64,000 nt of DNA from a candidate division WWE3 bacterium (GCA_052035175.1 JBPOHV010000001.1:366773-430772); one strand, 5' to 3'; numbered from the stretch's first letter, positions 1-10,664 are shown. Notes: a model not told the origin generated them from the letters alone. Made by a program: numbers and translations.

Positions 1-42
1 AAAAAAGAAGCAAAAGATTTGTTAAAACAAATACGGCCTTAA
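1..42 (+). CDS. 3' end of a CDS entering the window (…KKEAKDLLKQIRP*)
   Basis: Frame 1 is open from the window edge to TAA at 40-42. Confidence 0.5.
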   Translation, partial: KKEAKDLLKQIRP

Positions 43-167
43 CCTTATAATTCATTTAAAAGCTGCTTTGCTTTTTCTTTTGTTTTCTTTAAATAACCGT
101 CTGGGTCGTTTAATCCCAAAGTCATATCACAATACTGTTGTGCCAATAAATACCTTTTGTGGAATAT

Positions 168-217
168 TGGTATCGCAGTGCGAACCTACTGGTATCGCAC
201 TATCTACTGATAGTGCG
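168..217. repeat. Short palindromic repeat cluster (family A, GGTAT[C/A]GCAC…TGC)
   Basis: TGGTATCGCA occurs twice. Hairpins TCGCA-G-TGCGA and CGCACTATC-TACT-GATAGTGCG (196-217). Related units lie at 5130-5174. Confidence 0.65.
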
Positions 218-240
218 TAGCTTACTGCTATAATTCAGGT

Positions 241-1392
241 ATGAAGATCTTATACGCTTTGAACTCGTCTCAGCCGGGAGGAATGGAGCACCATGTTTTA
301 GACTTGGTAGAAAGTATGGTCAACTTGGGGCATACAGTTTATGTATGGTTGCCAGAGGGTCCTCTAGTTTCAGACTTCGAAAAGTTGGGTGCAAAAGTGA
401 CATTAAAATACATAAAATATGAATGCGATTTTGCATATATTAGTGCTTTGATCAAATTTATAAAAGAAAATAAAGTAGAAGTTGTACATGGTCACGAAAT
501 AAAAGCAGTCATGAATGCATTGTTTGCTGCATGGCTTGCCGGTGTAAAAGCTAGAGTAGGGCATACACATACGCCAATTTCAGAATGGAATTTGACAGGT
601 CTATTAGGTATAAAAAAGTATGTGAATTTATTTTTTTATTTTATTTTTATAAACCTGTTTGTTTCATGCGAGATTGCATTGACTCCATCACGCAAAGAAA
701 TAAAAAAGAAAGAGGGTATTAGTACAAATAAGTTAGTAGTAATTCCCAATTGTGTGCGTATGTCTAAATTTGCATATTCATCTGAGCAACGTAGTTCTTT
801 TCGTAATGAAATTTTGACTAAATATGAAATGCCGTTGGATGCGATTGTTTTTGGCAATGTCAGTAGGATCAGCGAAGAAAAAGGGCATAAGATTTTGATT
901 GATGCTTTTGATGATTTTTGTAGTCGTGTAGCACATTCTGATAAGTATTATTTGCTGCTAGCTGGAGGTGGGCCTTTGGAAGCTGATTTAAAAGCGTATA
1001 TAAAAACCAAAAAGTTTTGTGCTCGTATGATCGTTACAGGTAGATTTGAAGCAGAACTTAATGCCAAATTTTTTGCTACATTCGATTTGTTTGTGCATCC
1101 GACCTTGGCAGAAGGGTTTGGAATAGTTATCATTGAGGCAATGTCTGCATGTATTCCTATAATTTGTTCAGATTTACCAGTACTCAAAGAAGTAGCTCAA
1201 GATCATGTGATGTATTTCAAAAAAGGAGATTCTCAAGATCTAAGTGAGAAATTATTTGACTTTACTATGCATGAACAGTTGTATAAATCAAAAACATCCT
1301 CAGCATATGATTTGGTAAAAAATAACTATACTTTAGAGTTGTTTGCACAAAATTATCAAAATTTGTATAAAAGACTTTTGACAAACCAATGA
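241..1392 (+). CDS. Glycosyltransferase family 4 (GT-B)
   Basis: GGME N-terminal motif, R..EEKG, EGFGIVIIEAM signature. Confidence 0.92.
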   Translation: MKILYALNSSQPGGMEHHVLDLVESMVNLGHTVYVWLPEGPLVSDFEKLGAKVTLKYIKYECDFAYISALIKFIKENKVEVVHGHEIKAVMNALFAAWLAGVKARVGHTHTPISEWNLTGLLGIKKYVNLFFYFIFINLFVSCEIALTPSRKEIKKKEGISTNKLVVIPNCVRMSKFAYSSEQRSSFRNEILTKYEMPLDAIVFGNVSRISEEKGHKILIDAFDDFCSRVAHSDKYYLLLAGGGPLEADLKAYIKTKKFCARMIVTGRFEAELNAKFFATFDLFVHPTLAEGFGIVIIEAMSACIPIICSDLPVLKEVAQDHVMYFKKGDSQDLSEKLFDFTMHEQLYKSKTSSAYDLVKNNYTLELFAQNYQNLYKRLLTNQ

Positions 1393-4232
1393 TTGAACTT
1401 GTTGCACTTTTAGGAATCTTTATATGCTCATTATTTCTGATATATTACAGGTTTGAACTTTCAGTATATATTTTATTGGTTTTATCACTTTTATTACACA
1501 AAGAACTTTTTAGTTTTTATAGTTGGGATCTTTTGCCAATACGCGCGTTCATGGGAGCTTTAATTTGCGCGGGTGGTCTTAGAACATTCAATTATCTTAA
1601 AACTCATGATTTTAAGCCAACTAGTTTATTTCAATTTTTCAAAGACCCTTTTATTTTCTTTGTTTCTTTGCTTTGGTTAGTGCGTGGGGTTTCATTAGTA
1701 TTTTCAATGAACTTAAAGGCTAGTATTTTGTTATTTGTATTTTTCACTGGCGTTTGTACGTTATTGATTTGGTTTTATTTGGCTTTTAAAACAAAAAAAG
1801 ATGCAGTTTTGAAATACTTACACTTTTATGTGTTTCTAGTTTTTTTGCTCACGTTATTTGGTTATTTTCAAGTTTTTTTGTATTACAAGACCGGCATAAT
1901 AATTGGCGCGTTATGGAATATCCCAGATAATTTGCCACGCGTAGGTTCAACTTTTTGGGATGTAAATCATTATGCTGCATTATTGGGGACATTATTGCCA
2001 GTTGTAACAATATTCACAGTTACATCTAAATCTTGGAAAATGCGTTTGTTTAATGGTTTTATGGCTGTATCGATGTTAGGCGCTTACCTTTTGACTAATT
2101 CACGTTCTGGCTGGATTATAGGAGCTTTTTCATTTTTATTCTTTGTTATTTTCTTAGTAGTTAAAAAGATAGGGTACAAAGGTATCGCCTATGTTTTTAT
2201 TACTCTATTGCTCATAGCATTGCCTTTTTTGTATCAATACAATCAAAAGGATTCAAAATTTCGTGCAGATATACGTCAGTATTTTCATTATCGGTTAGAT
2301 TCTTTTGATTCACATTTCCTGTTGTTAACAGGTGCTTATCAAGTTTTTGAAGAGTATCCAATATTAGGTGGCGGTTATGGTAGTTTTTTTGAACACTTTA
2401 GTAAAACTAAAATTGCACCTGAATATTTTGGAAGAGACCCTGCTGCTTTAAATACGCGCGTACCTGCTCACACAATTTGGGGTGAACTTTTGGCTGATAC
2501 TGGAATCATAGGTTTAAATGCATTCATCCTTTTATTTGGAGTTTTAATAATAGTTCCATTTTTTGTTGGTTGGACAGAAAAAAGCTTTGAACTGTCTTTA
2601 CTACCCTTTGCTCTAGCTTCGACTATTATAGGTTGGCTGATTGGCGGTATCTTTTATTCGTATAATTCAGAATTTTTTTGGCTAGTTATAAGTTTGTTTT
2701 TTGTTTACGCTGTGTCATCACTGCAAGTTCATAATAAATGGAGATCTTTATTTGATTTCGTATTTACAAATGCAAAACTGCCGTTGATTGTTTTGTCGAC
2801 TCTGGCTGCTTTGCTTATATTTGTAGGGTTGGGAAGTAATCAGCTGATTCCTTGGGATGAAGCTATTTATGCAAAAGTTGCAAAAAATATGGTAACTAGT
2901 GGTGATTGGTTATCATTGCATTGGGATATGAAAGCATTGTGGTTTGAGAAACCACCATTATATATGTGGTTATCAGCTATGCTTATGTCGGTTTTTGGAT
3001 TTAGTTCTATAGTACCTAGATTACCATCGGCTATCTTTGGATTTTTATTGATAATTGTTACATATAAGTTTGCTTCAAAAATGTTCAATCGCACTGCTGG
3101 CTATATAGCTGGTCTTAGCCTATTAACAAATGTAGCAATACTTTATTATTCGCGTGCTTCTATGCTAGATGTGACTGCAACTTTCTTTATGACATCTGCG
3201 CTCTTTTTTTATGCAAAAGCAAGAAGTAAGTATTTATTTACAGATTCAACAAAAGAAGCTTTAAGTAACTGGGTATTAGCAGGACTATTTATAGGCATTG
3301 GAGCAATGGTAAAGGGAGTAGTTGGTTTATTGCCTTTGTTATGTATTGGTGTATTTGAAATATTTTTATTAGTAACTGAGCAAATTGATCTGAAAAGTTT
3401 TATAAAGAATTATTTTGTAATGTTCTCTGCAAGTTTGCTTACGTTTTTACCATGGCACCTATATATGTACTATTTGTACGGACCAATCTTTTTACAGAAT
3501 TATATTGGTTACCATGTGCTTGATCGTGCCACAAAATCGATTGAGGATAAAGGAAAACCACTATGGTGGTATTTGGAGGTTATGAAAGTTTTCATGCGCG
3601 TCTGGTTTGTGGCTTTGATACCTGCTGGTGTATACGCTACTTTTAAGTGTATTAAGTTATCAAATAAACATGTATTTTTAAGTGTTTCATCACTTGTTAT
3701 TTTACTTTTCTTTTCTGTTGCAACTTCAAAATTAGTTTGGTATATAATTCCAATTTACCCGCTGTTAGGTATTATTATTGGTGAGTTTGTAGATTGGGTG
3801 TACACCAAACTTACTTGGGTTTATGAATTTTCTGAGTATCGTTTGGTAAAAATACTTGCTTTGTATTTTATAACAGTTTTTGTTTTGAGTTATTTATTTT
3901 TTGTTAGAAGTATGGTTTATACTTCTGATACTACAGGTTCTCAAGCCAGATTGCTTATGGCAAAAGATGCGTTCTTTGGTATGGAACAAAAAGTTTTTGT
4001 CGATCGTATAGAGTTGCCTTTAGTTATGTATTATACAGATGGTCCATTTGAAATTTATGATATCGAAGTTACTAAAGGTAGATACCCATTTATTTCTCCT
4101 ACGGAAAAGTTAGTACTACTCACAAAGAAAGGCCGTTATTCTCCCACTTTACCAAATAGAAATTCTGAGGCAATTGTATATAAAGAAGATGGTGACTACG
4201 TGCTTTGGTATTTTAAGCCAGAGAGTTTATAG
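1389..4232 (+). CDS. Polytopic fusion: O-antigen ligase-like (Wzy_C) N-half plus ArnT/PMT-family (GT-C) glycosyltransferase C-half
   Basis: N-half has LTNSRSG and GGGYGSF…AHTIWGELLADTGIIG. C-half has WDEAIY, WFEKPPL and MVKG motifs. Many TM segments. Confidence 0.8.
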   Translation: MIELVALLGIFICSLFLIYYRFELSVYILLVLSLLLHKELFSFYSWDLLPIRAFMGALICAGGLRTFNYLKTHDFKPTSLFQFFKDPFIFFVSLLWLVRGVSLVFSMNLKASILLFVFFTGVCTLLIWFYLAFKTKKDAVLKYLHFYVFLVFLLTLFGYFQVFLYYKTGIIIGALWNIPDNLPRVGSTFWDVNHYAALLGTLLPVVTIFTVTSKSWKMRLFNGFMAVSMLGAYLLTNSRSGWIIGAFSFLFFVIFLVVKKIGYKGIAYVFITLLLIALPFLYQYNQKDSKFRADIRQYFHYRLDSFDSHFLLLTGAYQVFEEYPILGGGYGSFFEHFSKTKIAPEYFGRDPAALNTRVPAHTIWGELLADTGIIGLNAFILLFGVLIIVPFFVGWTEKSFELSLLPFALASTIIGWLIGGIFYSYNSEFFWLVISLFFVYAVSSLQVHNKWRSLFDFVFTNAKLPLIVLSTLAALLIFVGLGSNQLIPWDEAIYAKVAKNMVTSGDWLSLHWDMKALWFEKPPLYMWLSAMLMSVFGFSSIVPRLPSAIFGFLLIIVTYKFASKMFNRTAGYIAGLSLLTNVAILYYSRASMLDVTATFFMTSALFFYAKARSKYLFTDSTKEALSNWVLAGLFIGIGAMVKGVVGLLPLLCIGVFEIFLLVTEQIDLKSFIKNYFVMFSASLLTFLPWHLYMYYLYGPIFLQNYIGYHVLDRATKSIEDKGKPLWWYLEVMKVFMRVWFVALIPAGVYATFKCIKLSNKHVFLSVSSLVILLFFSVATSKLVWYIIPIYPLLGIIIGEFVDWVYTKLTWVYEFSEYRLVKILALYFITVFVLSYLFFVRSMVYTSDTTGSQARLLMAKDAFFGMEQKVFVDRIELPLVMYYTDGPFEIYDIEVTKGRYPFISPTEKLVLLTKKGRYSPTLPNRNSEAIVYKEDGDYVLWYFKPESL

Positions 4233-4234
4233 CA

Positions 4235-5104
4235 ATGACGCTAGAAGAAAAAACACAGAAATTTTTGGACTTTCTCAAATTCGAGTTTCCTCTTGATTAC
4301 GAAAATATATTGGCATCTTTGTCTCAGACTTATCCTACAACTTTCAGAATCAATACACTCAAATATGAACCAGATCATGTTTTGTCTTTATTGGAAGACG
4401 ATGGTTTTGTTGTCGAGAACGCAGATTTAGAAAATAGCTATATCGTGAAGTCAAATCGATTTGAAAAGCCGCTGTCATATAGTTATTTGTTTGAGAAACA
4501 ATATGTATATATTCAAAGCTTATCTAGCATGCTACCAGTTAGTTCATTGGCACCGCAGAAAGGTGAGCATATTTTAGATTTATGCGCTGCGCCTGGTAGT
4601 AAAACTTTGCAGATTGCATCACTTACAAATAATGCTGCGAGTGTTGTAGCCGTTGACAACAACAAAACCCGCTTTTACAGATTACAAGCTTTATTGAACT
4701 CATATGACGCAAGAAATATTAGTTTTATATGTGCAAATGGTGCACTTTTATACAAAACTCACCCAGCATATCAAGGCTATTTTGATAGAGTATTGCTAGA
4801 TGCGCCGTGTTCTAATGAAGGTAACATAACTTTTACAGATATGCGCACTGTTAATTATTGGCACCCACGTTTACCCAAAAAGTTATCAAAGCTACAAAAG
4901 AGTTTGCTTTATTCTGCATTAATGCTTTTGCGTCCAGGAGGGACTATGGTTTATTCGACTTGCACTTTGAATACACTAGAAAATGAAGAGGTTGTAAACT
5001 GGGCATTGGACAAGTTCAAAAATCTAAGTCTAGTCGAATCCAAAAGGATTTTACCTAACGGCTTATACAAAGGTTTTTATTATGCGAAGTTAATACTGAT
5101 ATGA
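4235..5104 (+). CDS. RsmB/NOP2/RsmF-family RNA m5C methyltransferase
   Basis: DLCAAPGSK, DAPCS and YSTCT motifs. Confidence 0.9.
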   Translation: MTLEEKTQKFLDFLKFEFPLDYENILASLSQTYPTTFRINTLKYEPDHVLSLLEDDGFVVENADLENSYIVKSNRFEKPLSYSYLFEKQYVYIQSLSSMLPVSSLAPQKGEHILDLCAAPGSKTLQIASLTNNAASVVAVDNNKTRFYRLQALLNSYDARNISFICANGALLYKTHPAYQGYFDRVLLDAPCSNEGNITFTDMRTVNYWHPRLPKKLSKLQKSLLYSALMLLRPGGTMVYSTCTLNTLENEEVVNWALDKFKNLSLVESKRILPNGLYKGFYYAKLILI

Positions 5105-5114
5105 CATCTCTGTA

Positions 5115-5204
5115 GATATGTCTACCTGCGGTATAGCACTATGTGCTAACCTTGCTGGTATAGCACTATTTGCTTATCATACTGATATGTCTACCTGCGG
5201 TATA
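5115..5204. repeat. Intergenic direct/palindromic repeat cluster (family A)
   Basis: Exact 21-bp direct repeat GATATGTCTACCTGCGGTATA at 5115-5135 and 5184-5204. GGTATAGCACTAT at 5130 and 5157. Hairpin TAGCAC-TAT-GTGCTA. Confidence 0.75.
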
Positions 5205-5212
5205 ATCAGCGC

Positions 5213-6655
5213 ATGATAATAGTCAAAGGGCTTGAAATAAAGTTTGGCGAGCGCTTAATTTTACAAAATGCCAACTTTTTCTTGGGAAACGGGAAGAAGA
5301 TAGGTGTTGTGGGTAAAAATGGATGTGGTAAGTCGACTTTATTTAGAGTTCTTACTAACAATGAAATATATACAGATGGTCATATAGACATTCAACACGA
5401 AATTATTGGGTATATTCCTCAAGAATTTACGTTTCCTGATGAAATGGTGGGGGAGTATTTAGAAAAGTTTTTAGAATCTACGTGGGATTTTTACAAAATA
5501 GAAATGTATGCCGAACAAGTAGAGTTCACGAACTTTGATATATATCAGCCGCTTAACACGCTAAGCGAAGGTCAGAAAATGAAAGTTAAGTTAATAGAAA
5601 CAATGTTGAAAGATGCGACGACACTTTTCATTGATGAACCAACAAATCATTTGGATATCGAAGGTATTATGTGGTTTGAAAATTATGTCAAAAGTCTAAA
5701 TACTACTGTCGTAATGATTTCACATGATAGATCATTTCTAAACCATACCGTAGATGAAATCTGGGAAATTGATAAATTTGAACTTTTTCAATTTGTAGGA
5801 GATTACGATAATTACAAAGAACAAAAGCTTAAGCTTATAGATAAGTGGAATCAAGAATACGTAATGTTTCTCAAGAAAAAAGCACAGCTAGAAGTGTTGC
5901 TTGAGAATGTTCGTAAAATTAAAGATGGTAAAAAGCGTGGTCGAGCAGTACAAGCTGCAAAAGCAAGAATCGATCGAGAATTGAATTCTGATAAAAAAGA
6001 AAAGTATGTATCCAAAAAAGTTAGCTTGATGGAGTTCAATACTGAAGCTCATCAAAAGAAATTGATGCTTGGTGTAGAGAATTTAGAAAAGAAATATGGT
6101 GAAAAATTAATATTCAAAGACTTAAGTTTTGAACTGCGTGGTACAGATAAGCTCTGGTTGCTTGGTCCAAATGGTGCGGGTAAATCTACTTTGGTAAAAA
6201 TAATTATGGGAGAAGAGCCTATTACAAACGGAAACGTGAAGCTTGGTTACAATGTGAAAATCGGGTATTTCTCTCAAGTGCAAAAGCAGTTGAATCTAGA
6301 AAATGTCGCTCTCGAAGAATTTATTGCAAAGACCAAGTGTTTTCATGCAGAAGCTTATGGTTATCTCAAAAAGTTTTTATTTGATAAAAATGCTTTGAAA
6401 AAGCAAGTAAAGTTTTTTAGCCCTGGCGAACGCGCGAGATTTGCTTTTTCTATTTTTGCTTACTTTGACTATGATTTATTGATTTTGGACGAACCTGATA
6501 ATCATTTGGATATCGAGACAAAAGAGGTAATGGAAACAAGCTTGCGCGAATTTAAAGGAGCAGTATTACTAGTTTCGCACGATAGATATTTTGTAGAAAG
6601 TGTAGGTGTTGATCAAGTACTGAATCTTAAAGAAGGTGTGATTAGTTACTATTGA
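5213..6655 (+). CDS. ABC-F family ATPase (ribosome-associated)
   Basis: Two ABC cassettes (GKNGCGKST, DEPTNHLD, SHDR; GPNGAGKST, DEPDNHLD, SHDR) and no TM segment. Confidence 0.92.
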   Translation: MIIVKGLEIKFGERLILQNANFFLGNGKKIGVVGKNGCGKSTLFRVLTNNEIYTDGHIDIQHEIIGYIPQEFTFPDEMVGEYLEKFLESTWDFYKIEMYAEQVEFTNFDIYQPLNTLSEGQKMKVKLIETMLKDATTLFIDEPTNHLDIEGIMWFENYVKSLNTTVVMISHDRSFLNHTVDEIWEIDKFELFQFVGDYDNYKEQKLKLIDKWNQEYVMFLKKKAQLEVLLENVRKIKDGKKRGRAVQAAKARIDRELNSDKKEKYVSKKVSLMEFNTEAHQKKLMLGVENLEKKYGEKLIFKDLSFELRGTDKLWLLGPNGAGKSTLVKIIMGEEPITNGNVKLGYNVKIGYFSQVQKQLNLENVALEEFIAKTKCFHAEAYGYLKKFLFDKNALKKQVKFFSPGERARFAFSIFAYFDYDLLILDEPDNHLDIETKEVMETSLREFKGAVLLVSHDRYFVESVGVDQVLNLKEGVISYY

Positions 6656-6679
6656 TGCTTCTTCTGTTAAAATTTTCTT

Positions 6680-7102
6680 ATGTCTACTTTTAAAAGGTTT
6701 GGAGAGCAGCATAAAAGAGAAAATCCATATGACGGCATTGTTTTACTAGTTGGTGTCGATTTAAAAAACAAAGACTATTTTGATATTACATATAAACATG
6801 CCGAGGCATTGGGCAAACATGATTTATATAGTAATGATAGGAATCCAGATGAAACAGAAACTGCAGATGTTCTTAGAGAGAAGGTAATACAAACATATGA
6901 AGAGCTTGGTATATACTCTAGGCAAAATAATAGGTGGCATCAGATAACAGCTCAAAGACACGATGATATAGCAGCTTGGTTAATTATTTTTAATAAGATC
7001 AGCCTACCTCCATTGGTAAACATAAATACATATACAGGACTTACTGCTGCTGTTAATTATATTGACCCTACTTTGAGAAAAAGACCTCCGTGGTTAAGAT
7101 AA
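6680..7102 (+). CDS. Hypothetical protein
   Basis: 140-aa ORF with TAAAAT 6 nt before the ATG. No recognised motif. Confidence 0.65.
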   Translation: MSTFKRFGEQHKRENPYDGIVLLVGVDLKNKDYFDITYKHAEALGKHDLYSNDRNPDETETADVLREKVIQTYEELGIYSRQNNRWHQITAQRHDDIAAWLIIFNKISLPPLVNINTYTGLTAAVNYIDPTLRKRPPWLR

Positions 7103-7105
7103 GGT

Positions 7106-8302
7106 TTAGGCTTTGTTGCCAATATACGATAATGTTATACACACAGCACTCACTGCAGCAATCAATTGAGCCCAGGCAATTCCATATAGTCCATACATGT
7201 TGCCTAATACAAACGTACATATAAGCACTACAGTTAATTTGGTAAGACTGATTTTCAATAACTTATCAGTTTTATCTTCGACAAAAAAATAATTTTCCAT
7301 AAAAGAATGTATAGCTGTTAGTGCGTAAGCAAAAATTAATACACTTACTATTCCAATACTTTGATCAAATTTGTCCCCGAAAGCGATTTGTAAAAAGAAG
7401 TGAGACACAAATATTGCTAACACTGCTAATATCAAAATCAGCCCCGCAATAATTCCAGTTTCTATATAGTCGTATTTTAATTTATCTTTTTTGCGCAAAG
7501 AATTTTTTGGCAGTAAGACTGTAAATACAGAAATAGACGCAAGCGAAAAGATCGCAGACATTTTGTCAGCAATCGAATAAATACCTACAGAAAAATTCCC
7601 ACCAAAATATTTTGCGCTTATATTTGAAATATTAGATAAACTTTCGCTGATCATTTGAGATGTACCAGCAGGAAATGCTAATAATAGATAACTTCTGACA
7701 TTAGAAAAATTAAATCTGAGTTTTTTATATTCAGGTGGTAAAAACCAAATTAACGCGATACTTGGTAATACTGATAAAGCAAATACAGCAATATACGTAG
7801 TTGCCTGTACATTAGAAATCAAATTAAGAAAAATGAATAATCCAAATGTACCTTTTATAATAGCTGGAATAAAATTTGTAATGATAAGCAACCAGTACTT
7901 CTCGTATTTTTGAAATATTGAATACAGCGAGAAATTCAGCATATAAAAGAAAACTCCGAGTATAAATATTAAAAGAGTTTTTAAATCAAAAGAATAAACT
8001 TTCGAAATGATTAAAGATATGGGTAGCGTAATTAGAGATAAGAGCACTTTTGTAGAGAAGAATGCAGAGATTAGTTCTTGAGAAGTTTCTATTTTTAAGG
8101 CTTTTGTTACGTATATATTATTTGTTCCAAAGTCGGTGAACTTGGCCACAAAAACCAATAAAGACGTGACGAGCATGTAAAATCCAAATTCGTTTACAGG
8201 CAATTTTGCAGCCCCAGCTGATATGAGTATTAAAGCAAGCAGTGAATTGACCAAGTGCCCAATTCCTACAAAAGCGATAATAGGTAATGACTTTTTTATC
8301 AT
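7106..8302 (-). CDS. Oligosaccharide flippase (Wzx-like)
   Basis: About 12 TM segments, EFGFY, DFG and VGIYSIA motifs, located in a glycosyltransferase cluster. Confidence 0.85.
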   Translation of the reverse strand: MIKKSLPIIAFVGIGHLVNSLLALILISAGAAKLPVNEFGFYMLVTSLLVFVAKFTDFGTNNIYVTKALKIETSQELISAFFSTKVLLSLITLPISLIISKVYSFDLKTLLIFILGVFFYMLNFSLYSIFQKYEKYWLLIITNFIPAIIKGTFGLFIFLNLISNVQATTYIAVFALSVLPSIALIWFLPPEYKKLRFNFSNVRSYLLLAFPAGTSQMISESLSNISNISAKYFGGNFSVGIYSIADKMSAIFSLASISVFTVLLPKNSLRKKDKLKYDYIETGIIAGLILILAVLAIFVSHFFLQIAFGDKFDQSIGIVSVLIFAYALTAIHSFMENYFFVEDKTDKLLKISLTKLTVVLICTFVLGNMYGLYGIAWAQLIAAVSAVCITLSYIGNKA

Positions 8303-8338
8303 AGTTTTCGAGTTATGTACTCCTGATATAATAGCATC

Positions 8339-9499
8339 ATGTCAAGACGCATTGGTATAGATGCTAGGTTTTATGGTAAAGCTGGGCCAGGAAGATACAC
8401 AAAGAACATAGTTCAGCATTTGGAAAAAGTTGATACACAAAACGAATATCTAATCTTTTTAACAAAAGAAGGGTATGACATGTATACACCCAAAAATGCT
8501 AATTTTCACAAAGTGCTAGCAGATTATCATTGGTATTCATTTGAAGAACAATTTGGGTTTCTTTGGTTATTATTAAAAAGCAAGCTAGATCTGTATTATG
8601 TTCCACATTTTAATATTCCAGTGTTATACCCAGGAAAAATAATAACAGCTATCCCAGATATGACGATGCATAAATTTAGCACAGAGAAAGGTACTACTCT
8701 GCCTATTTGGTATTTTAGACTTAAAAAATACGTATACAAAGCTGTGTTTTGGTGGGCAGTATTTAGATCGCAAAAAGTTATCGTGCCTTCGCAAACTGTT
8801 TTGAATGACTTTCTGTCTAATCTAAATTTTTCAAATGATAAATATGTTTTGGTCTTAGAAGGAGTTGATCCAGATTTGTTACATATTGATGTAGATGTAG
8901 AAAAAGTTTTGGCTAAGTATCGAGTTACAAAACCCTTTATTTTATATGTAAGTAGTATGTATGAGCATAAGAATGTGCCAGGCTTGATAGAAATGTTTAA
9001 GCTATTGGTTGAAAAATATGGTTATAAAGGTAATTTTGTACTCGTAAGTAAAAAAGATAAATTTTCACAAAGAGTTTATCAACAAATAAAAGCTATGGGA
9101 TATCAAGATAAAATCTTATTTCCTGCATTTAGAGTTGATTCAGATCAAGATATTGTAGTTTCTGATAGCGAAGTTGTTGCGTTTCGTAGATCTGCAGATT
9201 TGTATGTGTTCGCATCTTTTACCGAAGGTTTTAGTTTGACTGCTTTAGAAGGTATGGTAGAAGGCTTACCAGCAGTGCTTTCTGATATTGATTGTCATCG
9301 AGAAATTTATGAAGATTCCGTTTTGTATTGTGATCCTCATAATCCAAGTGATATAGCAGAAAAAGTGAATACTATGCTGACAGATAAATCATTGTTTGAT
9401 GAATATAAGAAAAGAGGGTATGAGCAAATAAAGAAATACGATTGGCTAAAAACTGCAGAGATCACTTTAGATGTTTTTAAGTCATCATTGGAGATTTAA
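8339..9499 (+). CDS. Glycosyltransferase family 4
   Basis: IGIDAR, GPGRY, HKN, EGFSLTALEGM. Confidence 0.92.
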   Translation: MSRRIGIDARFYGKAGPGRYTKNIVQHLEKVDTQNEYLIFLTKEGYDMYTPKNANFHKVLADYHWYSFEEQFGFLWLLLKSKLDLYYVPHFNIPVLYPGKIITAIPDMTMHKFSTEKGTTLPIWYFRLKKYVYKAVFWWAVFRSQKVIVPSQTVLNDFLSNLNFSNDKYVLVLEGVDPDLLHIDVDVEKVLAKYRVTKPFILYVSSMYEHKNVPGLIEMFKLLVEKYGYKGNFVLVSKKDKFSQRVYQQIKAMGYQDKILFPAFRVDSDQDIVVSDSEVVAFRRSADLYVFASFTEGFSLTALEGMVEGLPAVLSDIDCHREIYEDSVLYCDPHNPSDIAEKVNTMLTDKSLFDEYKKRGYEQIKKYDWLKTAEITLDVFKSSLEI

Positions 9500-10581
9500 T
9501 CTGTAGTAAAAACTTCTAAAAACTTTTTTGCTGTTTGGTTCCATGAATACTTTTTTGCGATTTCTTGTGCACGTTGTAAAGCCATTGGTTGTGACAAAGC
9601 TTCATGAATGCCTTGGCTAATATTGTTGATATCAAGTGGATTTACATAAACAGGATATTCTTCGCCAATTTCATTGAACGCAGGAATATTAGAAACAATA
9701 GCTTTTGTTCCGCAAGAAATCGCTTCTAACAAGGGCAAACCAAAACCTTCATCTAAAGAACAATTTATAAAAGCTTCAGCGCCGCTATACAGTGCAGGTC
9801 TGTCTTCATCGGGAATACGCCCAATATAAATTACTTTGTCTTTATTAGCGTTCATGCTATTTACAGACTCATCATATTCCCAGCCAAGCTTCCCAGCGAT
9901 TACCAATTTTATCTCAGGTATCGATTTAACTGCTTCGACCATTCGAGGAACATTTTTACGTGGTTGAATCGTTGATAAAAAGAATAAGTATTTGCCGTTG
10001 ATATTATACTTGTTTCGTATAGTATCGATTTCACTTTCATTTCGTTTATAAAATTCTTCACCCACAGCTTCTGGAATTACATCTATTTTTGATTTATTTA
10101 TAAAAAGATAATTAATTTCAGTTTTCACTTTGTTAGAAGGTACTATTATTTTGTGAGATGTAAGTAATGTCCACCACAATACAAATGGGTGAAGTAATTT
10201 ATGTATAGGTTTTTTGGAATACTGGTTATTTATTTTGTATTCAAATCCATGAAGCATGCACACAGTTTTTTGAAAAAACCTAGAGATTGAAGGTACTGTG
10301 TGAAATGGAGTAAAAAAAACATCGACTCGGTTAGTCATCAATTCTAGTAACAAACTTATTTGTGTCCATGAAATTAACTTTGGTAAGACTTTGTATGTAA
10401 TATTATTTTTGTTTGTAAATAATTTGGTGATTAAGTCTTTATTTGGTTCATTTTCAAAATACACAATATAGTCATTAGTTTTGTCTATCTCAGAAAGTTT
10501 TGTATACAAGTGAAGTGCAAATTGCTCTGGGCCAGCTAGTCCTGAGCGTGTCAACATTTGTCCGTTTAAACCTATTTTCAT
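9496..10581 (-). CDS. Glycosyltransferase family 4 (likely start 10581, MKIGLNG)
   Basis: PRKN and EGFGLPLLEA motifs. TATAAT lies 6 nt before the ATG at 10581. Confidence 0.9.
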   Translation of the reverse strand: MKIGLNGQMLTRSGLAGPEQFALHLYTKLSEIDKTNDYIVYFENEPNKDLITKLFTNKNNITYKVLPKLISWTQISLLLELMTNRVDVFFTPFHTVPSISRFFQKTVCMLHGFEYKINNQYSKKPIHKLLHPFVLWWTLLTSHKIIVPSNKVKTEINYLFINKSKIDVIPEAVGEEFYKRNESEIDTIRNKYNINGKYLFFLSTIQPRKNVPRMVEAVKSIPEIKLVIAGKLGWEYDESVNSMNANKDKVIYIGRIPDEDRPALYSGAEAFINCSLDEGFGLPLLEAISCGTKAIVSNIPAFNEIGEEYPVYVNPLDINNISQGIHEALSQPMALQRAQEIAKKYSWNQTAKKFLEVFTTD

Positions 10582-10664
10582 GCTTTGATTATATCTTTTA
10601 ATTATATCTTTGTATCGATGCATCTACTATTGACTAACGCAGATTGTAATATTATACTATGTTT

